From Armatimonadota bacterium (GTDB taxonomy: Bacteria > Armatimonadota > UBA5829 > DSUL01), in assembly GCA_039811685.1 (NCBI GenBank), contig JBDHZC010000001.1:288001-352000 (forward strand): 64,000 nt of DNA, given 5' to 3'. Below, piece by piece: positions 44,675 to 54,803 of this stretch. The position numbers were made by a program, and so were the translations under genes. The notes below the pieces were generated by a model that searched no databases, was not told where the DNA came from, and was given only the letters and a program-made list of their open reading frames with translations. The first letter of the stretch is position 1, and each line of letters begins with the position of its first letter.

Positions 44675-46165
44675 ATGACGAAGAATATTCTGGCATTTGA
44701 TCTGGGCGCGGAAAGCGGACGGGCTGTCGTCGGCAAACTGGGAGACGAACGGCTTGAACTGGATGTAGTGCATCGCTTCGCCAACATACCGGTGAGAACT
44801 CTCGATGGCCTGCACTGGGATGTTCTGAGACTTTTTCAGGACATGAAAGACGGCTTGCACGCTGCTACGCGGGAACGGGAAATTGCCTCTCTTGGCGTGG
44901 ACACATGGGGGGTAGATTTCGCGCTGCTTGATAGAACTGGATCGCTGCTCGCCAATCCTCATCACTATCGCGACTCGCGCACGGATGCGATCATGGAGCA
45001 GGTCTTCGAGATCGTTTCACGTGAAGAGGTATTTGAGCAGACCGGTATCCAGTTCATGCCGCTGAACACCCTGTATCAACTCTTCGCGTTGAAGAAGCAG
45101 AACCCCGCGCTGCTCGACGCAGCCCAGAAGATCATTATGATCCCGGATCTGTTCAACTACTGGTTCACCGGCTCCGCTGTATGCGAGTTCACGGAGGCCA
45201 CCACCAGCCAGTTTTATAATCCTGTGCAGGGTCGCTGGGCCAGCAAACTGCTTGATCAACTCCAATTGCCTGGCAGCAGACTGGGGGAGATTGTGCAACC
45301 GGGCTCTCACATCGGCAATCTGCACGAGACAGTAGCGGATGAGGTTTCTTCGGGGCGTATTCCCGTTATCGCTCCAGCCTGCCACGATACCGGGTCGGCT
45401 GTGGCAGCCGTACCGGCGCAACAGCCGGACTTCGTTTACATCTCAAGCGGCACTTGGTCTCTGGTTGGCATAGAAACGTCCGACCCCGTCATCAATGAGA
45501 AATCGCTTAGCTACAACTTCACGAACGAAGGCGGAGTCTGCGGCACTATTCGTCTGCTGAAGAACGTGATGGGCTTGTGGATATTGCAGGAATGCCGGCG
45601 GCAATGGGAGCGTGAGGGTGTTGCCTACGACTACACACGATTGACCAAAATGGCAGCCGACGAGGAGCCTTATCGCAGTCTCCTGGACCCTGACCACGCT
45701 GCCTTTTTTACTCCCGGGGATATGCCCACACGCATCCGGACGTTCTGCGCTGAGACTTCTCAGCCCGTGCCTGAATCGCCGGGACAAATAGCGCGCGCTG
45801 CCCTGGATTCTCTGGCGCTGAAATATCGCTGGGTGATCGAGCGACTACAAGACTTGAGCGGTAGGTCCCTGAACACAGTTCACGTCGTGGGTGGCGGCAC
45901 GCAGAACCGGCTCCTTCAACAGCTTACTTCAGACGCAACAGGACGTGAAGTTATTTGCGGCCCGATTGAAGCTACAGCTATCGGCAATATTCTTATGCAG
46001 GCAGTGGGCTCTGGCGTTATCGGCTCTCTCTCAGACGCCCGAGAGATAATCAGACGATCATTTGACTTGCAGACTTACACGCCTTCTTTTGAAGCACACT
46101 CTCGCATTGACGAAGCCTACGGACGGTTCAATGCTGTTTTGGAGCAGTCAAACTCGATTCTGTAG
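44675..46165 (+). CDS. rhaB: Rhamnulokinase family sugar kinase
   Basis: AFDLGAESGR, GVDTWGVDF, HDTGSAV, ISSGTWSL, FTNEGG and LLKNVMGLW. Confidence 0.88.
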   Translation: MTKNILAFDLGAESGRAVVGKLGDERLELDVVHRFANIPVRTLDGLHWDVLRLFQDMKDGLHAATREREIASLGVDTWGVDFALLDRTGSLLANPHHYRDSRTDAIMEQVFEIVSREEVFEQTGIQFMPLNTLYQLFALKKQNPALLDAAQKIIMIPDLFNYWFTGSAVCEFTEATTSQFYNPVQGRWASKLLDQLQLPGSRLGEIVQPGSHIGNLHETVADEVSSGRIPVIAPACHDTGSAVAAVPAQQPDFVYISSGTWSLVGIETSDPVINEKSLSYNFTNEGGVCGTIRLLKNVMGLWILQECRRQWEREGVAYDYTRLTKMAADEEPYRSLLDPDHAAFFTPGDMPTRIRTFCAETSQPVPESPGQIARAALDSLALKYRWVIERLQDLSGRSLNTVHVVGGGTQNRLLQQLTSDATGREVICGPIEATAIGNILMQAVGSGVIGSLSDAREIIRRSFDLQTYTPSFEAHSRIDEAYGRFNAVLEQSNSIL

Positions 46166-46337
46166 AGGCTCCAGAGTGTCTCTGGCTCTCGGAGCTTCGG
46201 CTCTGGCTTCGTCTGTCACGATAGCGGAAACTGGCAGGAGTGAGAGGATCTCCTCAGACTGTATGGGAATGCGCAGGCTCGGGCAGATACAAGAGCGGGG
46301 ACGCGGAGCACGGACCCACGTCCCCTTCCCATCAGAA

Positions 46338-46883
46338 CTAGCTGGACTTTCTGCGCCTGAGAAGCAGACCGCCCATTCCGAGCACTCCCGTACCCATAGC
46401 CAGCAGACTGCTTGGCTCCGGTGTGATGTGCTTCGTTACTACATTGCTCCAGATTGGTCCCCACACTCCTCCCTGTCCATCGGACAACACAATGTCCGCC
46501 TGGAAGGTGATCAGTGTGGAAGGCACGCCGACCGTATGCACGACGTTCCACGGGAACCACTCTGAGACGACGATTACCTGGCTTGGCTGCGCCAGCCACT
46601 GAATGACCTCAGTCACCGCGCCGTTGGGAGGCGTTATCTCAGCGTGCCAGGATACCTCGTCAATGTGAAGCGGTCGCCCCTCGTTGCCCGCCCAGCCGAT
46701 GTGAGCCCAGAATGTCTCAGTATCATCGGGTGGAATCTCGATGATTTGCGCAAGGCTCGACGCAGGAGCGTGGTAAGTTGGGTCTATCTCAAGATACGGT
46801 CCCTGCTGTGCCCAGGACCGGTTGCCGCAACTAAAGAGCGCGACGATCGCTGCCGTAAGCACCAGCGCTTTCGCAGCTTTCAT
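46338..46883 (-). CDS. PEP-CTERM sorting domain protein
   Basis: Signal peptide after AGGAGG RBS (ATG 46883). The C-terminus is TPEPSSLLAMGTGVLGMGGLLLRRRK. Confidence 0.9.
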   Translation of the reverse strand: MKAAKALVLTAAIVALFSCGNRSWAQQGPYLEIDPTYHAPASSLAQIIEIPPDDTETFWAHIGWAGNEGRPLHIDEVSWHAEITPPNGAVTEVIQWLAQPSQVIVVSEWFPWNVVHTVGVPSTLITFQADIVLSDGQGGVWGPIWSNVVTKHITPEPSSLLAMGTGVLGMGGLLLRRRKSS

Positions 46884-47143
46884 GTGTTCCTCCTTCTGCA
46901 GTGGCAGAGGCGGCCGAATTACCCACCTCTCTGCGGGTCTGGCTCCCGCTTTTTGCAAGCCTGCGCCCGCCGGAATATCCGGAAGCAGCAGCAGGCTCCA
47001 TTATTATATCACCAAATGCTAATGCGAACAACATGCACGTCGAGTACGCAAATATACCTGTTTTGCGAATCACCTCGTGACTCCGATGGTGGCCACATCT
47101 CACGCCGGGGAGGTACAAAGCATCCTGACGCTGCGGGGTGAGG

Positions 47144-48460
47144 TTACCTTTGTACCGTCCAGACCATGTCTGTACCTTTTCCAAACTGGTCGTTCTCGGG
47201 TGCCGGTTTCCCACCGTTGACCACAAGATCAGAGCCTACGCTGTAGAGAATATAGCCGCGACCCTGACGGCGAAATTTGAACGGCTTTCCTGAGAAAGGG
47301 TCGTTACCAATCCGGCAACGAGAGCTCTGCGCCATGGACAGATTCTCGGGATAGATTCCTTTCTCTGTCTTGTAGCGCTCCACCGCCAGCATCGTTTTTG
47401 TTGCCTCCACATTAGTCTGGCCCCTTATGACGGCCGTCCGGGCTCTGGTGAAAACAGGCATTGTTGTTCTAGCAAGTGTTGCCCACCGCGGTATGGGATC
47501 TATGACTACCTTCTCTGCAGCTCGATCGCCAGTCTCTCGATAGGATCTGCCCAGTAGCTCAATGTAACGCGCATAGGCGTCAAGTATGGCAGCCTCATTC
47601 GCGTACATCACTGCCCGATAGGGCAGCGCCCAGACCTTACCCAACGCACCCTCACGCCTTTTGTCCCGCGCTGGCAAACCGAAGTCCTGTTCGAACAGAA
47701 CATGCGATACTGCACGCTCGTACATCACCGCCTGGCGCATAGGGTTGGGTGAGAGTATCTGATCGAGGGTCTGGCAGAGTTTTGCGGTTTGCTCATCGGA
47801 GAAGTCTGCAGCTTCAAGGCCGTGTTGGATTGCAGCACAGCACAAGTTGACACCAGCCAGTCGTCCCAACAGCCCAATCATAGCCTGGCGCTTCGAGAGC
47901 GTCTTCGATAGCCGGGCGATCGCAATGATGTCATCGGTCGCACCGGCTGTGTCTCCAACTCGAGACCGTAGCACTGCACGCGTTGAAAGCGCCCGGACTG
48001 CATAACCCAGAGCGCTGAACGCTAGTAAGTGGTCGTCACCCTGTCCCGGGAAAAAATAGTTACCAACGGACAGGGCTTCCGGCGAAGCAGCCGCAGTGAA
48101 ATCACTTAGCGCAGGACCCAGTTTGTTAAGCGCTGAGTGCGCCACTGCGACATCGAGTGCGGAAGGACTGCCGTTATGCGAACTACGGATCCTCATCATC
48201 GCCGTATTCTCCTGCTCGGACAATTTCACTGCCCGCAGTTTACGCGCTGCCGCTTCGAAGGTCTGCGCGCCACGGCTGTGTCCTTCGCCAACGATATCTG
48301 CCAGAGTAATCGGCTCACCGCGGGCCGCGATGGCACGTACCTCCGTCTCAACCTGGCGTCCAAACCAGAGTGTGGCAGCGCCGGCGACCACGTAAAACAC
48401 CACCAGAAGAACGATGGCTGCTTTAATTAGAACTACCAAGACTCTTTTGATTCGTTTCAT
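47144..48460 (-). CDS. Membrane-anchored protein with GspG-like C-terminal motif
   Basis: N-terminal TM helix. The C-terminus reads LAVERYKTEKGIYPENL..DPFSGKPF..YILYSVGSD..NGG. Confidence 0.6.
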   Translation of the reverse strand: MKRIKRVLVVLIKAAIVLLVVFYVVAGAATLWFGRQVETEVRAIAARGEPITLADIVGEGHSRGAQTFEAAARKLRAVKLSEQENTAMMRIRSSHNGSPSALDVAVAHSALNKLGPALSDFTAAASPEALSVGNYFFPGQGDDHLLAFSALGYAVRALSTRAVLRSRVGDTAGATDDIIAIARLSKTLSKRQAMIGLLGRLAGVNLCCAAIQHGLEAADFSDEQTAKLCQTLDQILSPNPMRQAVMYERAVSHVLFEQDFGLPARDKRREGALGKVWALPYRAVMYANEAAILDAYARYIELLGRSYRETGDRAAEKVVIDPIPRWATLARTTMPVFTRARTAVIRGQTNVEATKTMLAVERYKTEKGIYPENLSMAQSSRCRIGNDPFSGKPFKFRRQGRGYILYSVGSDLVVNGGKPAPENDQFGKGTDMVWTVQR

Positions 48461-48780
48461 CGCATTTCTCCAGGATATAGGTGCGCGCGCATTTTCTGAA
48501 TCTGCGCGGCGGCGCTTGCGAGCGTCACTCCCTGCGGCGCGTTTCTAATAGCGAGCTGTTCGAGCCTTGCATCTCTGGCGGAGTCAATCACGCTGGCCGC
48601 GAGTATCCACAGCAGCGAAAACGTGAGCGCCGCCACCCAGCGCAAACGCCCTGCGGCTGCCCTTCTGAGCGAGTCCGATTGCGCCCGCCGGGCCGCCGCC
48701 AAGACACTTTCCCGAACATCGTCAGGAACTTCTGGATCGTAGAGCTTACGCAATCTGATTTCTATCTCAGTGTCATCCAT
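48457..48780 (-). CDS. Putative anti-sigma factor (single TM)
   Basis: Small ORF overlapping the ECF sigma stop, with one TM helix. Confidence 0.55.
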   Translation of the reverse strand: MDDTEIEIRLRKLYDPEVPDDVRESVLAAARRAQSDSLRRAAAGRLRWVAALTFSLLWILAASVIDSARDARLEQLAIRNAPQGVTLASAAAQIQKMRAHLYPGEMR

Positions 48781-49336
48781 CCGGAAGTACCTCCATTGTT
48801 CGACGCAGCTTGCCTATTGCATAGCGGTAGCGGCTTGCCGCCGTGTTGGCGGATATACCGAGCACACTACCGATCTCTGCGAAGGTCATCTCATCCAGCA
48901 CTTTGAGAGAGACCACCTCACGCTGCTCTACGGGAAGCCTCGTCACCGCTTCTCGCAAGCCACCTAAGCCGTCAACTACCGCTTCGCTGGCGGGCAGGTC
49001 AGTGTCAAGGGGCGCCGTGGGCCTTCGTTTGCGCTGGCGCAAGATAGTAATTGAAGCGTTGCGGGCAGCACGGAACAGGAATCTGGCCAATCTCACGCCA
49101 GAACAGGGAAGCTGGTCCCTCCGGGCCAGACGCGCAAAGACCTCCTGCACTGCGTCCTGAGCGTCATCGGAAGAGCCTGTTACGCCGAGAGCATAGCGAT
49201 ACAGAGACGGACCATAGAGATCGTACGCCGCCTCCAGATCGCATGCGCTCTCCACAGCCGCTTTGTGCCCTGCACCGATGACCAACCCGTCCCGCACTGT
49301 CTCGCTCACATCCTTCTTGACGCTGCCCGCTGTCAA
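48773..49336 (-). CDS. ECF RNA polymerase sigma factor
   Basis: DAQDAVQEVF, FLFRAARN, LPVEQREVVSLK, MTFAEIG and NTAASRYRYA. Confidence 0.9.
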   Translation of the reverse strand: MTAGSVKKDVSETVRDGLVIGAGHKAAVESACDLEAAYDLYGPSLYRYALGVTGSSDDAQDAVQEVFARLARRDQLPCSGVRLARFLFRAARNASITILRQRKRRPTAPLDTDLPASEAVVDGLGGLREAVTRLPVEQREVVSLKVLDEMTFAEIGSVLGISANTAASRYRYAIGKLRRTMEVLPDG

Positions 49337-49450
49337 AACTGTCTACTTCGACGAAAAAAACCTTGAAGAAAAACAGAAGACGAGGACTGAGTGGGCATTG
49401 CGCCGCTAGCGACCAATTCAGTTACGGTTCATCCGCCTGAATACTTCAGC

Positions 49451-49500
49451 AAAGAAAGAACGGCCGCAGCGCCGTCTTGATTGAACTCGCGCTGCGGCCG
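49451..49500 (-). terminator. Intrinsic terminator of the 49548-52496 gene
   Basis: 12-bp stem CGGCCGCAGCGC / GCGCTGCGGCCG with AAAGAAAGAA on the left, which is a U-rich tail on the minus strand. Confidence 0.7.
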
Positions 49501-49547
49501 CAATCTAACTGGATTCAGGTCTTCAGATGACCTGTAAGAGAAGGTCA

Positions 49548-52496
49548 CTACAACTCTGGCAGCGTTCCTCCCACATTCTGGATGTCTTCCGGTCCGCGGA
49601 TGGTCAGCGCCCGCCCTCCAGTTTCTGTAGCCGTAGAGATACCCGTGACAGCAAGGACGTCTCCCTCACTGAAGTGCATCAGCTCCGCAAACGGCCCCAT
49701 GTTCACGCGTACGGGTATGTCACTGTCACCAATGACGACTCCCTGACCCGGGAGAATCCCAATGACCTTCGCCACTGTACGCACCAGTGTACAGGTATTG
49801 TTGGCCCCGTACGGATAGACCATAGGCTGGGTGGACGGCAGCGGAGCGCCACCGATCGCCCGAATATTCAGATTGGTCGGCGCTATCTCCACGGAAGCGG
49901 GGTAGGGGATGATCATCTGCGCCAGCACCGTCGGCTCATAGCCACCCGGAAGCACCACGCCCTGCAGGCAAACCAGGGTTCCAACCGGATACATCTGCGA
50001 GGTTTCGATGCGCAGTGCGCAGCGGCCGTTCGGGTCCTGTACGTACAGGGCGGGCTGGTGCGAAACGTAGTCCGTCCCGGTGACAACCGCCAGATTGACG
50101 ATTACCGGGACACCCGGAGCGGAATCCCTGGGAGTGCATGGGTCATCGGGCCCCGTTGTCGGGATGCAGGGCTGGATGCACTCAAAGCACGTCCACGGAT
50201 CCCAGTTGTCTGGCTCCGAGTAAAGATGGTCCTTCAGCACATCTACCACGGCGAGATACTTCCCTGGAGACGTGCACTTGAAAATCGTCGTCCAGGGGAA
50301 GCGTCCGTAGTCATTTGTCGTCACGGTTCCGGCCTGACCAAGCCCCTGGTTATCCACCAGGTCCGGACATCCCGGAATGATATCATACGGATAAGTCGAG
50401 GTCTTGTGGAAATCCCATCCGGTCAACTGAACGTCTTCACCAATCCGGTAGATTTTCTTGTCCGTGAAGACCTTGAGTTCATGAGGCGGGCCAAACATAT
50501 CGGTTTCCGGCCAGCCACCCATGCCACCGTCTCCATCTCCGTCAATGTCCTCGCCACCGTCGAAGTCAGAGTCGTTATCGGAGTCGCAGTCGCACTCACT
50601 TCGCAAGCCATCACCGTCCACGTCAGCGAATCCGGGTGGAGCGGCATCATTGTCGTGTCCGGCGTGGTCGCGCTCTTCATGAAACGTGTAGGCTTCAATC
50701 TCACGTTTATCTGGCACTTCATCTTTGTCGGTGTCTGGATCGTTATGTAAAGAGCAGAACGGACGAGGATTTTGCTCGTCAAAGTCCATCAGACCATCGC
50801 CGTCAGAATCCGTTGTTACAGACGCTTCGTTTTTCCGTCCCACCTTAGCGCCTGCCGGTAAGGCCCAGGTGGCGTCGTTGCGGGCGACCCAGTTATCAAA
50901 CAGGACCCAGCCTGACGGATTGCCCGGCCACGGATCCAGAATATGGACCATTTGGAGGGGGGGGGCGTTTTGACCGAGATCTATCTCGTACCATCCATCA
51001 CACACCACCACATGGTTGGGCACGCCACAGATCATAGGGCCGTTCGCAAGCCTGGCCTGAAACTGTGCAAAGCTGGCTTTGGCGGCGCCAAAATACGGGT
51101 TGTACGTGACACCGCCGCCAAGCGTCAGCGCCCAGGTGACCGCAGTGGTTACCTCAGCGTCGCTAAAGCCCCGGTCGTGCCCCAGATCCCCTTCCGGTCC
51201 CGGCAGATCACCGTTGCGGATGTGGTAGGAGATACGATCCTGGAACAGGTCCCCCCCAAAAAAATGATTCAACATCTGCGTGCAACCGCGCGCGCAGTAG
51301 AAGGCGCAGTGCCCACAGGTCCCCACGTGCGCGGCCGTCTGCGGATGCGCAGCGTCCCATGCCTGCCCGGCGAAACGGAAAGGATCGCATCCCGGTCTGC
51401 CGCGTCCATTCTGGTTGCTCGGGGCGCCGCCTCCAAAGGCGTCCTGGTCCCAGATACAGACGAGTTGTGAATCCCGATGTTGAAGTCTCAGGCCGACACC
51501 GTAATAAAGAATGCCTGTAGCGGCAAGTTTGACATCTCCACTGCTCGGCGCAGGCGGAGGCGTGCTCATAATCGCGAACGTCCACACTGCCGCTTCTTCC
51601 AGGTACGGCTGACCGGACGGCTTCACTCTGACACGCCAGTAGTAGACTCCAGGAGCCAGACCAGAGTTGACGCCCGATTGTGGACCCGGTTGTGAAGGAG
51701 GAGAAAATACCTGATTAATCTCCGGAGTGGAAAAAGTAGGATCGTCGTCCACCTGCAGGTTGTATTGCTCTGCCCACGCGGGACCGTCGAAGGAGAACGA
51801 CACCAGGTTATTCTCAAAAGCCGTCGCGTCCAGAGGCTCCAACTGAACAGGATTTTGATTGATCGAGCTGATCTGAGATGCCCGCGGACCATAGTCCAGG
51901 AAGCCCCAGTCTTTGGGGCTGTCACTGTCGTATCCGCTTGGCAGGCGAGCAATACTCGCCCCTGCCTGGAGAGTGGAAATGTCCACAAAATCTCCTGAAG
52001 TCCATTTCCCTGCCGCTACAGCATCAGATTCAACGGCGCCACCACTGTAACCACCCGTTTGGCTCCACGAGATGAAGTCTGCGAGATTCGCTGGTGTTAT
52101 GGCTGCAGATGTGTAGAGTCCGACTTCGTCCTCAGCGGCAAAAACAGAGCCGGATCCAGAGTAGAGGTCAATGACACCATCTGAAGCGTCAAGATCGTCC
52201 GTACCGCCGCTGAAATGGACAATGGCGTAGTGATGCGACTGAAGAGAAACGGCCGGTGGAACGGCGTACGATAAAGGCGCCCCAGATGGCTTTCCCTGCA
52301 GAATCGTCCAGCCGCCCAGCGCCACATCAGACGGGCCAGAATTGTAGAGCTTTACGCTCGCGCCTGTTGCGCTGCGACCGAGCGATGCGCCTAACGGCAC
52401 AACCTCATCTATGACAACACTCGCGCCAGCACAAGGCACGAGAGAGAATACGGCGCCAGCCGCAAAAGCGCCCATGTAAAGCATTCGTGCAAACAT
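49548..52496 (-). CDS. Secreted multidomain protein: lamin-tail-like, Fn3-like, C39-like peptidase, Asp-rich Ca-binding repeats, shared C-terminal module
   Basis: VVIDEV..KLYNSG..VALGGW; YNLQVDDD..GVYYWRVR; YCARGC..HVVVCDG..ILDPW; DSDGDGLMDFDE/DTDKDEVPD; the C-terminal module. Confidence 0.7.
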   Translation of the reverse strand: MFARMLYMGAFAAGAVFSLVPCAGASVVIDEVVPLGASLGRSATGASVKLYNSGPSDVALGGWTILQGKPSGAPLSYAVPPAVSLQSHHYAIVHFSGGTDDLDASDGVIDLYSGSGSVFAAEDEVGLYTSAAITPANLADFISWSQTGGYSGGAVESDAVAAGKWTSGDFVDISTLQAGASIARLPSGYDSDSPKDWGFLDYGPRASQISSINQNPVQLEPLDATAFENNLVSFSFDGPAWAEQYNLQVDDDPTFSTPEINQVFSPPSQPGPQSGVNSGLAPGVYYWRVRVKPSGQPYLEEAAVWTFAIMSTPPPAPSSGDVKLAATGILYYGVGLRLQHRDSQLVCIWDQDAFGGGAPSNQNGRGRPGCDPFRFAGQAWDAAHPQTAAHVGTCGHCAFYCARGCTQMLNHFFGGDLFQDRISYHIRNGDLPGPEGDLGHDRGFSDAEVTTAVTWALTLGGGVTYNPYFGAAKASFAQFQARLANGPMICGVPNHVVVCDGWYEIDLGQNAPPLQMVHILDPWPGNPSGWVLFDNWVARNDATWALPAGAKVGRKNEASVTTDSDGDGLMDFDEQNPRPFCSLHNDPDTDKDEVPDKREIEAYTFHEERDHAGHDNDAAPPGFADVDGDGLRSECDCDSDNDSDFDGGEDIDGDGDGGMGGWPETDMFGPPHELKVFTDKKIYRIGEDVQLTGWDFHKTSTYPYDIIPGCPDLVDNQGLGQAGTVTTNDYGRFPWTTIFKCTSPGKYLAVVDVLKDHLYSEPDNWDPWTCFECIQPCIPTTGPDDPCTPRDSAPGVPVIVNLAVVTGTDYVSHQPALYVQDPNGRCALRIETSQMYPVGTLVCLQGVVLPGGYEPTVLAQMIIPYPASVEIAPTNLNIRAIGGAPLPSTQPMVYPYGANNTCTLVRTVAKVIGILPGQGVVIGDSDIPVRVNMGPFAELMHFSEGDVLAVTGISTATETGGRALTIRGPEDIQNVGGTLPEL

Positions 52497-52598
52497 CGCA
52501 CTCTCCTGTTCTGAACGTCAACCACCTGGATCACCGCTTCTGACAGGGCGGCGCTGTGCAGTTACTGCATTGTAACCGCAATGATGCTTGTCACTATC

Positions 52599-52626
52599 AT
52601 TATAGGCGTAAAGCGGACGGCGTCAA
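52599..52626 (-). promoter_or_regulatory. Sigma70-type promoter
   Basis: Minus strand TTGACG-N16-TATAAT, about 100 nt upstream of ATG 52496. Confidence 0.6.
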
Positions 52627-52669
52627 GAGATAATCGCGAAGAAAGGTACCGTTTGCCGATGCCGCAGTG

Positions 52670-53512
52670 TCAGGCTGATTGTGTCACTGCGCCTGGAACA
52701 AGCGCCTGACCGTTCTCCCGAACCGTTGGAAAATGGCGGCCCCTCAGCACTTCGCCAGGCTGCACTTCCACGTACTCCTCCACGAGATGTCCGCGTCCGT
52801 CCGGTTCATAACGGGTGTAGCCGGGCATGTAGTGAAGGGCGACGGCGCGGCGTGGGATGTCACTGCGGTTGTAGTACGTTCCGTGCCAGGTGAGGCAATG
52901 GTGGAACATGCAACACCCACTCTTGACTTCGCACGGGACCACTTCCAGTCGGGCATCGGCAGGTAGGAAAGACTCGTCGTCGAAGGTTGGCTGGAAATTC
53001 TCATTCCCTCGCAAGCCGCCCGGTACAGCGCCCCAGTTGTGGCTTCTGGGGACGACATTCATGCACCCGTTTTCGATGCTTGCGTTGTCCAGGGCAACCC
53101 AGCAACTTACCAGGTCTGCCGGCTGAATAATGGGCCAGTAGGGGTGGTCCTGATGCCAGTCTGTCGGTGCGCCAACGCGAGGAGGTTTGTATTGAATCTG
53201 ATCGTGCCACAGGCGCACCGTGTCCTCACCCATAAGCTGCGAGACCATTTCAGTGATGTTGGCCTGGTAAATCAGATTGTGAAAGAGTGGATCGGCCTGC
53301 CAGATGTTGACAATTTGTACAACGACGTGATCGCTGCCCTCTATCTCATCGCCAACGAGATTGCTCACAGAATCCGCGCCGCTTTTCTCGCCACGCGTGA
53401 CCTGTAACACGCGCTCTTTCATTTCCTCAATCTGGTCCGCTTCCAGGACAGGTGTGTCCAGCACGAGGTAACCGTTATCGCGGAAAAACTCGACCTGAGC
53501 GTCATTCAACAT
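52670..53512 (-). CDS. Phytanoyl-CoA dioxygenase (PhyH) family Fe(II)/2OG enzyme
   Basis: FFRDNGYL, KPP, WHQD, CWVALD..ENGCM and FHHCLTWHG. Confidence 0.9.
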   Translation of the reverse strand: MLNDAQVEFFRDNGYLVLDTPVLEADQIEEMKERVLQVTRGEKSGADSVSNLVGDEIEGSDHVVVQIVNIWQADPLFHNLIYQANITEMVSQLMGEDTVRLWHDQIQYKPPRVGAPTDWHQDHPYWPIIQPADLVSCWVALDNASIENGCMNVVPRSHNWGAVPGGLRGNENFQPTFDDESFLPADARLEVVPCEVKSGCCMFHHCLTWHGTYYNRSDIPRRAVALHYMPGYTRYEPDGRGHLVEEYVEVQPGEVLRGRHFPTVRENGQALVPGAVTQSA

Positions 53513-53729
53513 AGAAGTGTCCTCCCTTGATGCGTCGCCACGCTACGACCTGATAACGTTTTACCACGAATGGATTTTTCTGTGCTTGTTATTGGGCTAG
53601 CCGGTCACAATCTGTGCACAGGATCGCCTGAGTTTTCCCGACTTCTGAGTGGCGCCGCGGCCACCGCAGGGTCTGTGGACCGCAGCAGCCAATTACCCTC
53701 GCCGCTGAAAGAGGGCATGCGCAGGCTAC

Positions 53730-54731
53730 CTATTTGGAAGGCTGGGCCGTCTGTTTCAGGAGTGGTGTCAGAGCGGCATCAATAGCAGATTCGCTCTCAG
53801 GTAGCTTAATGTCCTTGAAAAGATACCAGTGCTCGACATGTGTGACGCTTTGGCCCGGCTGCAGCTTAACCATTGGACCAAGCGACTCCATCTCAATGAA
53901 GTTTCCAGCTGTATAAGTCTCATAGTTACAGCCCTGATCCGGATAGGTTGCGGATTCCTGATATCCAAAACGCTTCACGAAGAGATTGCCGTTGACGGCA
54001 TAGGCAGCCCAGCCCGGCTTATTCTCAAAACCCAGCTTCTGCTCTACCGCATTGGTAGCGTCCACTTTAAGTATCACGAACTTCTTTCCGAGCTTCCAGC
54101 GAGGGTCGGAAAGGTCTGTGTAGTTCCAGAGCACCATAGAGCGGCCAGGCAGTAGCTTCTCGTCATGCGAAATGAAAGGCTCCTGCGGGATTACTTCAAT
54201 GCCACCACCCTTCACAATCGTGAGGCCCCACGGCGCCAGGTCTATGGCCCAGAGGTTTTTGTTTGTCAATGTCATTGTCACCGTGACCTGTGTTCCCCTC
54301 GGCTCCAGCGTGACAAGCATCTGCTTCTGAATTCCCGTGGGTTTCTCCGTATCCTGAGTCAAACGAATGCTGGCTGGTTCCTGCATAACCTGGACTGGAG
54401 AATCGTCCGGGACGTAGGAGCGCGGCTTTTCTTCAGGTGCGTGCCACAGTCTGTGACCACCCCAGGCGTGCCACACACCGTACTCAGTCTCCACCTTATC
54501 GCTCGCCGACAATTCCGCCAGCATATTATCGCCGCCTACAAACCGATACGCGATAATCCGGGGTCCGATATCGCTGGTGACAATGATGTCCACATCTCCA
54601 TTGGAGAGTTTGTAGCAATTGGGCTGGTGAAAATAGGGAATCTTTTCGATGGTCACCTTAGCTGCCTCAACTCCTGCAACGCTCAGGAATGCTGCGGCCG
54701 CAAAAGCCACGGCAAGTGTTCGTTTTGTCAT
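53730..54731 (-). CDS. Secreted galactose-mutarotase-like (DUF4380-like) protein
   Basis: DIGPRII, GGHRLWHAPE, YPDQGCNYE and EMESLGP. ATG 54731 begins the signal peptide. Confidence 0.6.
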   Translation of the reverse strand: MTKRTLAVAFAAAAFLSVAGVEAAKVTIEKIPYFHQPNCYKLSNGDVDIIVTSDIGPRIIAYRFVGGDNMLAELSASDKVETEYGVWHAWGGHRLWHAPEEKPRSYVPDDSPVQVMQEPASIRLTQDTEKPTGIQKQMLVTLEPRGTQVTVTMTLTNKNLWAIDLAPWGLTIVKGGGIEVIPQEPFISHDEKLLPGRSMVLWNYTDLSDPRWKLGKKFVILKVDATNAVEQKLGFENKPGWAAYAVNGNLFVKRFGYQESATYPDQGCNYETYTAGNFIEMESLGPMVKLQPGQSVTHVEHWYLFKDIKLPESESAIDAALTPLLKQTAQPSK

Positions 54732-54803
54732 ACTCGTCCTTTCTGACCGCTGCGCGTCTTCGTCCGGATGCTGCCTTCCCCGCAATACTGTACTCGTCCT
54801 CTT

